DNA of 64,000 nucleotides from Bacilli bacterium (GCA_900755065.1 CAAEFC010000006.1:31828-95827), one strand, 5' to 3'; positions 48,295 to 59,027 are shown, counted from the stretch's first letter. Notes: generated by a model from the sequence alone, not told the origin. Numbers and translations: made by a program.

Positions 48295-48370
48295 GGACCA
48301 GTGGTGTAGTGGCTAACATGTCTCCCTGTCACGGAGAAGATCGCGGGTTCGATCCCCGTCTGGTCCGCCA
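48295..48370 (+). tRNA. tRNA-Asp (GUC)
   Basis: Anticodon loop cuGUCac. Acceptor stem ggaccag/ctggtcc. CCA encoded. Confidence 0.85.
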
Positions 48371-48373
48371 TGT

Positions 48374-48449
48374 GCCTCGGTAGCTCAGTTGGTAGAGCAA
48401 GGGACTGAAAATCCCTGTGTCGCCGGTTCGATTCCGGCCTGAGGCACCA
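48374..48449 (+). tRNA. tRNA-Phe (GAA)
   Basis: Anticodon loop cuGAAaa. D-arm tagctcagttggtagagc. T-arm ggttcgattcc. CCA encoded. Confidence 0.85.
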
Positions 48450-48461
48450 TTTTTAAAAAAC

Positions 48462-48508
48462 AAATGCGGAAAAAGCACGGATTCTTCCATGCTTTTTTTG
48501 TTTGATTT
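48462..48508 (+). terminator. rho-independent terminator after the tRNA cluster
   Basis: aaaaagcacgg...ccatgcttttttt. Confidence 0.4.
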
Positions 48509-48584
48509 CTCTTCGGCCGTTCAAGTCGATGTGCAACCGTTTAATCCGATGGAACAGGAATCTGTTGGAAAGAGTGCATCTGTC
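48485..48584. repeat. left copy of ~100-bp direct repeat flanking the Bro-N mini-island
   Basis: ttccatgct...cgttcaagtcgatgtgcaaccgtttaatc...ggaaagag.g..tctgtc. It is ~85% identical to 49612..49714 and shares a 29-bp perfect core. Confidence 0.55.
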
Positions 48585-48692
48585 AAAATTCAACATCTAA
48601 TAAAAAAGGAAATACGATTCAGCATAATCAAATAAAACGTATTTTTAAATTAAATAAATAATGTGCTATACTATTTATATAGGAGACAAAAA

Positions 48693-49547
48693 ATGTCAAA
48701 CATTAAGGTTTTTGAAGATAGAAAAATCAGAACGCAGTGGAATGAACAAGAGGAAGATTGGTATTTTTCTGTTGTGGATGTTGTTGGTGTTTTGACGGAT
48801 AGTCCAAACCCAAGAAAGTATTGGAGTGTTCTAAAAACAAGGCTTAAAAAGGAAGGAAGTGAGTTGGCTACAAATTGTAGTCAACTGAAATTACAGTCTG
48901 CCGATGGAAAGTATTATAAACAAGACGTGCTTAACACAAAAGGGTTATTGCGACTTATTCAATCTATCCCCAGCCCAAAGGCGGAACCTTTTAAACTTTG
49001 GCTTGCACAAGTTGGTACAGATAGATTGGACGAAATCGCTGACCCAGAAAAAGCAATGCAACGAGGCGTTGATTTCTATCGACTGAAAGGTTATCCTGCG
49101 GAGTGGATAACCCAAAGACTGCTGTCTATCAAAATTCGTAAAGAACTCACTGATGAATGGAAAGAAAGAGGGATTGAAAAAGAGGCTGATTATGCGATTT
49201 TGACGAATGAACTTACAAAAGCTTGGAGCGGACTTAGTGTTAAAGAATATAAAAAACTTAAAAATTTAAAAAAAGAAAATTTGCGAGATAACATGACAGA
49301 TATTGAGTTGGTTTTAAATCAACTTGCCGAACTTACAACCGCCGCTCTTTCTAAGAAAGAAGAACCACAAACCTTTGATGAAAATAAAAAGATTGCAAGA
49401 CGTGGCGGAAGAGTTGCTGGCGACACCAGAAAACGATATGAAAAAGAACTCGGTCATAAAGTTGTTAGCCCATTAAACGCACATTCAAAAGAAATGTTGG
49501 ATACAAAAAATTCTAAGCGTTTAGCAAGTAAAAAAGATAAAAATTGA
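48693..49547 (+). CDS. Bro-N domain protein (DinD/phage anti-repressor-like)
   Basis: IKVFEDRKIRTQWNEQEEDWYFSVVDVVGVLTDSPNPRKYW...KGLLRLIQSIPSPKAEPFKLWLAQV fits the Bro-N pattern. AT-rich gene, RBS AGGAGA. Start trimmed from the track. Confidence 0.5.
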   Translation: MSNIKVFEDRKIRTQWNEQEEDWYFSVVDVVGVLTDSPNPRKYWSVLKTRLKKEGSELATNCSQLKLQSADGKYYKQDVLNTKGLLRLIQSIPSPKAEPFKLWLAQVGTDRLDEIADPEKAMQRGVDFYRLKGYPAEWITQRLLSIKIRKELTDEWKERGIEKEADYAILTNELTKAWSGLSVKEYKKLKNLKKENLRDNMTDIELVLNQLAELTTAALSKKEEPQTFDENKKIARRGGRVAGDTRKRYEKELGHKVVSPLNAHSKEMLDTKNSKRLASKKDKN

Positions 49548-49611
49548 ACTAATCATAAAAAGCCGAGCGGCTTCTCGTAGATTTTTATTGCGGATTTCAA
49601 AATTTATAATT

Positions 49612-49714
49612 TTCCATGCTGTTTTGTTTGATTCCTTTTCGATCGTTCAAGTCGATGTGCAACCGTTTAATCGATTTGGCAGAGAATCTATCGGAAAGAG
49701 CGCGGTCTTCTGTC
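49612..49714. repeat. right copy of ~100-bp direct repeat flanking the Bro-N mini-island
   Basis: See the left copy at 48485..48584. Confidence 0.55.
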
Positions 49715-49873
49715 GCTTTTCAAATTACAACCCGTTTGCTATGCTGATCGAGGTTTCCTGTTGAAATAAGCGGACGCATCGGATAGAATAATCGTAGAGA
49801 ACGGGCAATTAGACGAATGAAAGCATCCAATCGTTTGGTTGTTTATGCTTATTCTCGAATAGGAGGATCGGAT

Positions 49874-51196
49874 ATGGACATTCTGAACAGACCGATTGTC
49901 GATTATTATCGCGAATCGTTGAAAGATGCCCGAATCAGAGGCTTTCTGTGGGTTATTACCCTGATCGCACGCGAAGCGGATATCGACGATCTTTATCCGG
50001 ATCTGTGTCAATCGTGGGATTCTCTGGATAGCCTGACGGGAAAATATTTTTTATTTCTTTTAGCCGGAAAAGAGAACCACAAACAGGGCGATCGTGCACG
50101 ATTCGGCGAAATCAATCCGGGAACAAAAGAGGGTGTCCGATTCATCGATTTCGATGCGAATCGGAAGCGGACCGATTGGGTTTATCGTCTCAGAAAGAAT
50201 CAGACCGAAGCCGTTCATTCGTTAAAGGAATACTTTGATCTTGCCGAATCGAATATACCCTGTTTTGTTTTTACGGATTTGTGGTCATCTGATTTTGAAA
50301 ATACATGTATTCCGATATCGGGCAAAAAGATGATCGGGAAGCATAAGAACAAGATTTATGAATACTTAAAAGAACGTCTGTTCAATTGGATCGGCGGTTT
50401 ACTGAAAGAATATGAGAATAACCGGAATCAATTAAAAGAATTGCAGGAACAAAAGGAAGAATTAGAGGAAAAAAGCAGGCACATTTCTCTTGGCTTTGAA
50501 GGCAAAATTTTAGAACTTCAAAAAGAATTGCTCTTGCTGGCCGAAAGAAATATCGTCGATGCCAAAGGACGAACTCTGCTTTCCTGCATCAATACCTTGT
50601 CGTACGGATCGTTCGACCGAAAATTACGCGGTTCATTAAGCCGATACATCGATTGGGTGAAGGAGTATCAAAAAAGAGAGGGCAGGGATTTCAATCCTCG
50701 TTTGATTCCACCGGAGATTTCGCGGGAAGTCGAGCGGAAAATGCAGATTCGACAAGAACTTCTCCGGATAGAAGAAGAGCAAAAGAAACGGGAAGAAAGT
50801 TGCAGAAATGCCTTGTCGGAAATCGGAAAGAGAATAAAGGATATGGAGAAGTGCGAAAATCCGGAGAATAACAAGAATCTGACGATCGTCATCAAGAATA
50901 GCGATCATACGCAAATCAATATCGGATACGATCAATCCACGATGACGGTTCATCAGAATGTCGCCTATGTAGATCATCTCGCGGTGCTGACGGAAAACGT
51001 GCGCAAACTGGCTGATAAAAGCGGAATAGCGGACGTGAATCCGGATTTAGATTCGATAGAGCAGGAATGCAAGCGGAAAAAACCGCGAAAAAAGGTGCTA
51101 AATCCCATATTGGAGAAGTTAAAGGCTCTGAAAGGTCCAATCGAATTCATGAGTGCGGTCGCTTCGTTGATAGACTGGATTGCGAAACTTTTCTAA
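49874..51196 (+). CDS. hypothetical protein with central coiled-coil
   Basis: 440 aa from ATG 49874 (RBS AGGAGG). Central coiled coil (...LKELQEQKEELEEKSRHISLGFEGKILELQKELLLLAE) and a second charged helical region (LLRIEEEQKKREES). No family recognised. Confidence 0.4.
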   Translation: MDILNRPIVDYYRESLKDARIRGFLWVITLIAREADIDDLYPDLCQSWDSLDSLTGKYFLFLLAGKENHKQGDRARFGEINPGTKEGVRFIDFDANRKRTDWVYRLRKNQTEAVHSLKEYFDLAESNIPCFVFTDLWSSDFENTCIPISGKKMIGKHKNKIYEYLKERLFNWIGGLLKEYENNRNQLKELQEQKEELEEKSRHISLGFEGKILELQKELLLLAERNIVDAKGRTLLSCINTLSYGSFDRKLRGSLSRYIDWVKEYQKREGRDFNPRLIPPEISREVERKMQIRQELLRIEEEQKKREESCRNALSEIGKRIKDMEKCENPENNKNLTIVIKNSDHTQINIGYDQSTMTVHQNVAYVDHLAVLTENVRKLADKSGIADVNPDLDSIEQECKRKKPRKKVLNPILEKLKALKGPIEFMSAVASLIDWIAKLF

Positions 51197-51654
51197 GATT
51201 GCCGTCTGCAAGGGATAAAAAATTGTGCGCATCGATCATCGTCTCTTCTTTTCAGATGGCTTTCCTTTCGGCGCACATCCCTTTTTCCATGCGCGAAGTT
51301 TTTTTCTTCTGTCCTGACGATGCTTCGGAAATGAAAGCGCGTCCGCTTTTTGAGGTCAGACGCGTGCGATTTTTCAAAATATTGTCGGCAACCTATTGAC
51401 AAATACGAAAAAAAGAGGTTTACTTAACTTGTTAAGAAACCATTTTGAGATCTGCAGGCTCAAATAAAGTTACTCAGCGCAATAATATCTTACAAATGTA
51501 AAAATGAGGAATTCGGTAAAAACGCGGCCGACGATGAAAGCGGTTCCAGACGATCGGAAGACAGAGCACATGATCGGAGAGCAGGAATCAGGCGTGCGGA
51601 ATGCCGAACGAATCAGAAGGGCTAAAATGCACAGTGAATCACAGGAGGAGATCA

Positions 51655-53501
51655 ATGAAAAACAAATTTTTAGCGGTAGTTTCAATCGGTACGGCCTTGA
51701 CGCTTTTCAGCGGAAGTCTGTCGGGGTGTTCCTCGAAGAAAAAGGTTACCGTGACCTGGTATGACGCGACGGGAACGACGAACGTTTCGGAAATGAAAGT
51801 GTTAAAGACCGAAAAAGTGGAGGTGGGGGCGTATCTGACGAGTTATGCGCCGATCAAGGAAGGCGGATATGAATTCGTCGACTGGTTTGCCGTGCCGTCG
51901 AAGAATCACCGTTTCGATTTTACATCGCCGATTGAAGCGGATACGGCGGTTTACGCCGGCTTTACGCTTTACACGGAGGATACGCGCGATTACTATGTCT
52001 TAGGTTCAGGGACAAGCGAATTGCTCTTCTCTTCCAACTGGGGAAAAGTCATGAACGAAAACTACAAGTTGACAAAGGCAAGCGGGAAAAACGAATACAC
52101 GATCACGATGGACCTGAAAGAGGGCGACGAATTTCAGTTTGCGATCAACAGCGCGTGGGCGAATCAGAGGGGCTTCGGCTATCTCGTCGAAACGGAACTT
52201 TCAGACGGAACCACGGTGTTTTCCAGCAATGCGAGTCCGTATACCGATGCGGCGAAGAAAGCGAATATCAAGGTGGATTATTCGGGAAACTACACCTTTA
52301 CCCTGCGTACGTATCCGAATGAAGATTATTACGATACTTCGTCCGCCTATTATACGGAAGCGACCAAAGAAAACTACAATCTGGGAACTTACGATACCAT
52401 CACGTGGGTCAGAAACGGCGACGTGCTCAAGATTCGGTTACCATTACGGATTTCTACATCAAGGGTTCCGGAATCACCGGCTGGGCGGATATGTACAACG
52501 CTTCGACTCAGATGATTCAGAACGGTTCGGTCTACACGCTGTCTGTCTACCTGAAAGAAGGAGAGCAGTTCCTGTTCACTTCGCGCAATACCAAGATCGA
52601 AAACGGCGAAACGACGACGAGCGTCGGAAGCACCTATATCAAATCCGACGCGCTCGACAGCGAAAGCCGGAATCTGGTCGACGGCTATTCCGAGACCGGC
52701 GGCAATATGACGATCAAGGCGTCCGGCTATTACACCTTCGCTTACGATGAAGGTACGGGCGTTCTCTCGGTGACGAAGGAAGACCGCACACCGGTTTCAT
52801 ACGACTACTATCTGGACGGAACGATCGGCGTGAACGGGGCGTGGAACGCGTTCGTCGATTCGCCGGAGGATTACCGATTGACGGAAACTTCGGAAGGTTC
52901 GGGCGTTTATGCAATCACGAAAGTACTGACCGAAGGGCAATCCGTGCAGATCAGAGCCTGCGCGGCAGGGGAAACGCCGACGACTTCCAATACGGCCAAC
53001 AACCTGTTCCAGTACGCCTATCTCAAATCCAATCCTTCTTTTGAAGCCGTCAGCGCCGCCGACAACAATATCAAAGTGCTGAGTTCGGGAACTTACGTCA
53101 TCGCGATCGACAGTTATTCCAAGATCATCACGATTTCCGAATACATCGATTCGGCGGATATCTACGACATCTACATCAAGGGCAGCGGAATCAATAACTG
53201 GTCGCACGATTTCAGTTCGGATTATCGCTTCACGATCTCTTCGGACGAAACGGCGTACGAATACACGTTGACGATCGCCGAAGGGACAACGGTGCAGTTC
53301 GGATTAGCCAAATACGGCAAGGGCGAGAGCACCGGCTACGGGGATTATCTCGGCCTGAGCGCGATCGGAACCGACGGAGACGCGAACGCGCTGTTTAATC
53401 CTGAAAGCGGCTCGAATTTTGAATGCGCGACGGCCGGAACGTATCGGATCGTGTACGCGATCGATACCGGTCTGGTGGATTTCTACACCGTTACGGAATA
53501 A
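51655..53501 (+). pseudogene. multi-repeat surface lipoprotein (likely glycan-binding) carrying an apparent frameshift near 52437
   Basis: MKNKFLAVVSIGTALTLFSGSLSGCSS lipobox. Track ORFs 51601..52515 and 52404..53501 are two frames of one gene, joining at ...TITWVRNGDVLKI | TITDFYIKGSGITGW. The ~110-aa modules are repeated (SGNYTFTLRTY, SGYYTFAYDEG, SGTYVIAIDSY, AGTYRIVYAID). Confidence 0.45.
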
Positions 53502-53534
53502 CCGATCGATACGCGATAAGCGATAAAAAAACTA

Positions 53535-53565
53535 CCGCTTCCCCTGAGGAGGCGGTAGTTATAAT
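53535..53565. terminator. bidirectional terminator hairpin between convergent genes
   Basis: ctaccgcttcc-cctga-ggaggcggtag (one mismatch) with an A-run before and a T-rich run after. Confidence 0.35.
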
Positions 53566-54371
53566 CGGATAAAGTGCTCTTCGTCCGGAACGCTCAGACG
53601 TTCGAGCGCTTTGAGAATGCTGTCCATGACGGCGCGCGGACGAAGCGAGGAATCTGGATCGTAGGCGAATACCCGGAAGGCATCCAGACCCTCGAAGTAA
53701 GAAAAGAGCGAAGGCTGAACCAGAACGACGTTCCTTTCTTCGGCGCGATCGATCCATTCGCGGATTTCTCTTGGCGAAGAGACGAAGCGCACGCGGGAGA
53801 AAGCAGAACAGATCTTTTCTTTCAGTTCTTTGTTGGTCGGCTCGATATGGACGAATGTGAAGTCTTTGCCGAAACGGGATTCGGCCAACGCGTTCACCTT
53901 TTCGAAATCCGTCGTGATCTGGTAAAAAATCGGATCGTTCACGAAACTGTCCATCGCGATGACGGGAATAAAATTTTCGTCGGCGAAGCGGCGGAATTCT
54001 TCGTTGGAAAGATCGAAGCAGACGCAGGCCGTCGCGGCGATTTTGGCGGCTCGCTTGTCGAGCGAATAACTCAGTTGCATGTTTTTCTCTTCGCACAGCG
54101 GGTGGAAGGCGTGCATGAAATGGAGGATTTCCGCTTCCGTGAGAGGCGAAGCGTTCATCGACGAGCGGATCACGATCGTCTGCGGCTGATGCGTGTTGAG
54201 ACCGACGGCGTAAGGATTGGGCGAATAGTTGAGAAAATTCATCGCCTGATAAACTTTCTTCTTCGTCGCTTCCGTGATGTGCTGATCCTTACGACCGTTG
54301 ATCACGTAGGAAACGGTGGCGACCGAAACCCCCGCAAGTCGGGCGACATCGCGATTGGTGGCTTTTTTCAT
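53559..54371 (-). CDS. LacI-family transcriptional regulator
   Basis: MKKATNRDVARLAGVSVATVSYVING HTH followed by a periplasmic-binding-like fold. The track start (TTG 54416) lacks an RBS. The start was set to the ATG giving the canonical N-terminal HTH, but this is uncertain. Confidence 0.75.
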   Translation of the reverse strand: MKKATNRDVARLAGVSVATVSYVINGRKDQHITEATKKKVYQAMNFLNYSPNPYAVGLNTHQPQTIVIRSSMNASPLTEAEILHFMHAFHPLCEEKNMQLSYSLDKRAAKIAATACVCFDLSNEEFRRFADENFIPVIAMDSFVNDPIFYQITTDFEKVNALAESRFGKDFTFVHIEPTNKELKEKICSAFSRVRFVSSPREIREWIDRAEERNVVLVQPSLFSYFEGLDAFRVFAYDPDSSLRPRAVMDSILKALERLSVPDEEHFIRL

Positions 54372-54395
54372 TCGGTTTCTTTGTTCGTTGCTGTT

Positions 54396-54408
54396 CATAC
54401 ATTGTATG
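54396..54408. promoter_or_regulatory. 13-bp perfect palindrome CATACA-T-TGTATG in the lacI/GH13 divergent control region (candidate operator)
   Basis: Seen directly, nested inside a wider TTGCT...AGCAA inverted repeat. Confidence 0.3.
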
Positions 54409-54454
54409 TATAGCAAAAGGAATGGATAAAAGTCAACACAAAAAGGAGGTAAAA

Positions 54455-56134
54455 GTGAATTATAAAGCCCTATGCCATATACAGGAAAGCCCGTACAGTT
54501 ATGCGTTGGACGAAAGGACCGTCGAACTTCGGCTTCGCGTCGATAAAGACGATCGGTTCGAGGAAATCCGCGTCGTGTACGGAAACAAATACGACTATCA
54601 CATAAGAAGAAAAACGGCCCTCCTCGTCAAAGCGTTTACGGACAGAAATTACGATTGGTATATCTGCACCCTGCGTTTGGACGACGTCCGCCTCGTGTAC
54701 GTGTTTGAGTTGAAATGCGACGGTTCCGTTTTCTATTTTTCGGAAGACGGACTTTCCGATACCTATGATTTCTCTCTTTCCTATTACAATTCTTTTCAAT
54801 TGCCTTACATCAATGCGATCGACGTTCAAAAAGGGGTCGAATGGTTTAAAAATGCGGTTTTTTATGAAATTTTCGTCGATCGGTTTTACTGCGGAAAAAG
54901 CGAAAAAAGCCGTCGGTACATCAATCTGAAATGGGGAGAAATTCCGAACCCGAAGAGTTTTGCAGGCGGCGATCTGTACGGCGTCGAAGAGAAACTCGAT
55001 TACTTGTCGTCCCTCGGCGTCAACGCGTTGTATCTCACCCCCGTTTTCAAGTCGGTGTCCAATCACAAGTACGACATTTACGACTACTACGATATCGATG
55101 AACAGTTCGGCGGGAAAGAAGCGTTGCGACAACTGGTCAAAAAAGCGCACGAAAAGGGAATGAAAATCATTCTCGATGCGGTTTTCAATCATTGCAGCGA
55201 TCAGACCGAACAATTTCAGGACGTCCTCCGAAACGGACGGAACTCGAAGTATTTCGATTGGTTCATCATTCGGGGCGACCGGGTTGAAAAAGGGAATTTC
55301 GAGTGTTTCAGCATCTGCGATTACATGCCGAAATGGAATACGTCCAACCGCGAAGTCCGCGATTATCTGATCGGCATCGGCCGGTACTGGATCGACGAAT
55401 TCGGGATCGACGGCTGGCGCCTGGACGTTGCCGACGAAGTGTCGCACGATTTTTGGCGCCATTTCCGCGAGAGCATCAAAGCCGACAAGCCGGATTGCCT
55501 GATTTTAGGGGAAAACTGGCATGATTCGTATTCCTTTTTAAACGGCGGGCAGTTCGACGGCATCATGAACTACGCGCTGACGAAGGCGCTTTTGGATTAT
55601 CTGGTCAACGGGGTTTACGGCGCGCAGGGTTTCGCCGAAAAACTGAGCGAACTCTATATGCGCAACACACGCACCGTCAATTCGCAGATGCTGAATCTGC
55701 TCGACAGCCACGATACGCACCGATTCTACACGTTAAGCGGCAAAAACAAGGATAAACTGGCTATCGGTCTGGCGATTCTCTACATGCATACGGGCGCGCC
55801 TTGCCTGTATTACGGAACGGAAATTCCGTTGGAAGGCGGCTACGATCCGGATTGTCGCCGAACGATGAATTGGCTGGAAAAGGGCGAAATGGTCGGATTG
55901 CTGAAAGCATTGGCGCATCTTCGCGAAAAGGACGCGGTGAAAGACGGAACGATCTCGTTTGCTTCAAAGGAAGAGTTGTTTCTTCTCGAACGAAAAAAAG
56001 AAACGGTTCTCCGGCTGACGGTGAATGCGACGGATCGCCCTGTGTCCGTCCGCCTGGAAGGAAAGGTGATCGCCGGTCATCATTTCGACGGCGCGCTTCT
56101 GGGAACCGGATTTTTCATCGAAGAAATCGTTTGA
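54455..56134 (+). CDS. GH13 alpha-glucosidase family enzyme (cyclomaltodextrinase/neopullulanase/maltogenic amylase type)
   Basis: N-terminal domain NYKALCHIQESPYSYALDE. GWRLDVADEV (nucleophile region). ILGENWHD, LLDSHDTHR. GTG 54455 follows the perfect RBS AAAAAGGAGGT. Confidence 0.85.
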   Translation: MNYKALCHIQESPYSYALDERTVELRLRVDKDDRFEEIRVVYGNKYDYHIRRKTALLVKAFTDRNYDWYICTLRLDDVRLVYVFELKCDGSVFYFSEDGLSDTYDFSLSYYNSFQLPYINAIDVQKGVEWFKNAVFYEIFVDRFYCGKSEKSRRYINLKWGEIPNPKSFAGGDLYGVEEKLDYLSSLGVNALYLTPVFKSVSNHKYDIYDYYDIDEQFGGKEALRQLVKKAHEKGMKIILDAVFNHCSDQTEQFQDVLRNGRNSKYFDWFIIRGDRVEKGNFECFSICDYMPKWNTSNREVRDYLIGIGRYWIDEFGIDGWRLDVADEVSHDFWRHFRESIKADKPDCLILGENWHDSYSFLNGGQFDGIMNYALTKALLDYLVNGVYGAQGFAEKLSELYMRNTRTVNSQMLNLLDSHDTHRFYTLSGKNKDKLAIGLAILYMHTGAPCLYYGTEIPLEGGYDPDCRRTMNWLEKGEMVGLLKALAHLREKDAVKDGTISFASKEELFLLERKKETVLRLTVNATDRPVSVRLEGKVIAGHHFDGALLGTGFFIEEIV

Positions 56135-56150
56135 CGGAGGAGGTTAGATT

Positions 56151-57587
56151 ATGAAAAAGAATATTGCGGCCGTTTGCCTGCATCTGAGTCTGATCGTCGT
56201 TCTGGTCTGTTGCGTCGGCTTGACCGGTATGAACGAAGAAAGCGGAAAAGTCGATAAGTTTACGGGCGAACTCGAAACGAATGTCACCTTACGCATTCTG
56301 GAAAACGACACGGCGATCAAGCAAGGATATCTGGCCGAACTGATCGCGGCTTTCAATGCGGCGTATGCGGAATACGGCATAACGGCGGTGGACGCCAATA
56401 TGGATCAGTATACCGATCTGGCCAACGACGGACCTTACGGGTACGGACCGGACGTCCTGTATCAGGCAAACGATTCGCTGATGAAGTACGTCGACAACAA
56501 GCACATCATGCCTTTGCCGGTTGACCGGCTGGAAAGTTACGGGGAAACGGGCGAAAAAGCGTGGGAGGCCTACACGCGTACGGTCGACGGCGAAGCGTAT
56601 GTGTTCGGCGTTCCCGTCAATATTCAGGGCCCTCTTCTGTATTACCGGAAAGACCTTCTCCCCGAAAACTGGGAAGACGAGTGGGACGACGACAACGACG
56701 GCGTGTGCGACATCGTCCAGTACTGGACGGATCTGTACCGTTATTCGTCCTTGCTGAAACAGAGCGATGAAAAAGCGACGGACGGCAGTAAACGATACGG
56801 CTATATGCGATCCTTTCTGGAACCCTATTTTTCGATCGGATATCTGTACAGTTACGGAGGTTATACGTTTGGAAATCACAATACGGACGCCTCCGACATC
56901 GGACACAGCGCGGGCGAATCCGAAAAAGGCGGTTGGATTATCCGGCAGTTGGCGTCCGTCATGGACGAGCGGTGCATCGACGATTCGGTAACCGTCTCCG
57001 CGTATTCCGCGCTGGCGACGGGCGAATACTTCGCCACCGTCACGACTCCGGACGTGTACACCCTTTTCGTGGACGAGATGAAAAACGCAGGGTACAGCGA
57101 CGAATATATCGAAGCGAATCTGATCGCGGCCGATATTCCTTCTCTGCCGGCGAGCGGCGATCTGGAAGACGAAAGCGCGGGATTCATCGAAAGCAAGATG
57201 ATGGGCGGCGTTCAGGGATATGCCATCAGTTCCTACACGAAGTATCCCAATGCGGCGCTGGCATTCGTCAATTTTGCGACGAGTTATACCATGATCAGCC
57301 GTCGGAACGAATTGCTTGGGATCGTCCCGGCGCGGGAAGACGTGGCGGAAAAGGCGGGCGGACTTTCCGAAATCATCAACGAAAATCTTGCCGAAGGGAA
57401 TATCGTCGTCATGCCTTCGATCAGCGAAGTCGCGCAGATCTGGACGCCTTTACAGACCTTCTTTCAGGATATCGCGAAAGATCCGTTCCGCACCGGCGGG
57501 CAGAAATACGACACGCTTGACAAGATCAAGCAAAAACTGATCGAAGTGGATCGGCAGATTTATAACGCGATCTTTACTTTGGCATGA
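56151..57587 (+). CDS. sugar ABC transporter substrate-binding lipoprotein (maltodextrin-type)
   Basis: Lipobox LVCCVG. Size and context match a MalE-like SBP. Confidence 0.7.
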   Translation: MKKNIAAVCLHLSLIVVLVCCVGLTGMNEESGKVDKFTGELETNVTLRILENDTAIKQGYLAELIAAFNAAYAEYGITAVDANMDQYTDLANDGPYGYGPDVLYQANDSLMKYVDNKHIMPLPVDRLESYGETGEKAWEAYTRTVDGEAYVFGVPVNIQGPLLYYRKDLLPENWEDEWDDDNDGVCDIVQYWTDLYRYSSLLKQSDEKATDGSKRYGYMRSFLEPYFSIGYLYSYGGYTFGNHNTDASDIGHSAGESEKGGWIIRQLASVMDERCIDDSVTVSAYSALATGEYFATVTTPDVYTLFVDEMKNAGYSDEYIEANLIAADIPSLPASGDLEDESAGFIESKMMGGVQGYAISSYTKYPNAALAFVNFATSYTMISRRNELLGIVPAREDVAEKAGGLSEIINENLAEGNIVVMPSISEVAQIWTPLQTFFQDIAKDPFRTGGQKYDTLDKIKQKLIEVDRQIYNAIFTLA

Positions 57588-57602
57588 GAGAGGAGGACAG
57601 CG

Positions 57603-59027
57603 ATGCAAGAAGAATCAAAGGGCAAGGGAATTTGCCGGAGAATGAAAGAAGGTTTTACCCGCATCGGGAGCAGGGTGATCAGCTTCTTTGTCGGTCTGCC
57701 GTCGAGAACGAAGGCGAAGTTCGCGGGGGCAAAGGAAATCATCACGCAAGGCAACGGAAAGGTCGCCGCTTCCTGTCTGATCATGGGACTCGGTCAACTC
57801 CTTTACAGGCAATGGGCGAAGGGCATTCTGTATCTTCTGACCGAAGCGGCCTTCGTTCTGTTCTTCGTGTTCATCGGAGCGGAAGGAATCGTGGGATTAT
57901 TTACGCTCGGCACGGTGGAAGGAAACGCCTGGTACGGGATCGAAGGCGACAATTCCGTCATTCTGCTCATCGTGGGCATCCTTTCGGTTATCGCCTTGGC
58001 GTTTTACGTCATTCTTTATTTTTCCAATATCAAAGATGTCTATCGCATCCAATGCGCCTACGATACGTTGAAAGAACCGGAATCTTTCAAAAAACAGGTG
58101 GCTTCGCTTCTGGACAAGAATTTTCACAAGACCGCTTTGGCGCTTCCGATCATCGGCGTCAGCGTGTTCAGCATTCTTCCGATCCTCTTCATGATCCTGA
58201 TCGCGTTTACGAATTACGGAGGCACGATCGTTCCTCCGAAACTGATCAGTTGGGTGGGATTGGAAAACTTCGCGAAAATTCTGACGCTTTCCGATTTTGC
58301 GCCGACCTTTTTCAAAATCTTCGGCTGGAATATCCTTTGGGCCGTTCTTTCGACCTTCATCAACTATTTCGCGGGACTGGCTCTGGCTTTGCTGTTCAAT
58401 AAAAAATGCGTCAAGGGAAAGACTTTCTGGCGGCTGTTTCCGATTCTCGCCTATGCGGTGCCGGGATTCATCACGCTGATCGGGTTCAAATTCATGTTTT
58501 CCTACGGCGGACCGATCAATTACTACCTGATGCAGAACGGCGGCGCGGCGATCGGTTTTCTTGATATCGATGCAAAATGGACCGCGCGGTTAATCGGACT
58601 TCTGGTCAACGCCTGGCTCTGCATTCCAAGCGGCATGCTGTTAGCGACGGGCATTCTTTCCAACATCAATGCGGATTTGTACGAGGCGGCGAAGGTCGAC
58701 GGGGCGAACGGGTGGATGCAGTTTCTCCGCATCACCTTGCCTTACGTCTTGTTCGCCACGATGCCCGTCCTCATCTCGCAATTTATTGCCAATTTCAACA
58801 ATTTCGGCATCTTCTATTTCCTGCGGGGCGGATTGTACATCGACGGTTATTTTCTGGCCAGCGATACGGACTTGCTGATCAACTGGCTCTACAACATGTC
58901 GATCGACAACAACTACTATTCGATCGGCGCGGCGATCAGCATCGTCATCTTCGTGATTACTTCTGTCATCTCCCTGAGCGTGTACGTGCTGTCGCCTTCT
59001 TATAAACAGGAGGACACGTATCAATGA
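57603..59027 (+). CDS. sugar ABC transporter permease (MalF-like, long N-terminus)
   Basis: Multi-TM protein with the EAA-loop region (...LYEAAKVDGANGWMQFLRITLP). Confidence 0.8.
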   Translation: MQEESKGKGICRRMKEGFTRIGSRVISFFVGLPSRTKAKFAGAKEIITQGNGKVAASCLIMGLGQLLYRQWAKGILYLLTEAAFVLFFVFIGAEGIVGLFTLGTVEGNAWYGIEGDNSVILLIVGILSVIALAFYVILYFSNIKDVYRIQCAYDTLKEPESFKKQVASLLDKNFHKTALALPIIGVSVFSILPILFMILIAFTNYGGTIVPPKLISWVGLENFAKILTLSDFAPTFFKIFGWNILWAVLSTFINYFAGLALALLFNKKCVKGKTFWRLFPILAYAVPGFITLIGFKFMFSYGGPINYYLMQNGGAAIGFLDIDAKWTARLIGLLVNAWLCIPSGMLLATGILSNINADLYEAAKVDGANGWMQFLRITLPYVLFATMPVLISQFIANFNNFGIFYFLRGGLYIDGYFLASDTDLLINWLYNMSIDNNYYSIGAAISIVIFVITSVISLSVYVLSPSYKQEDTYQ

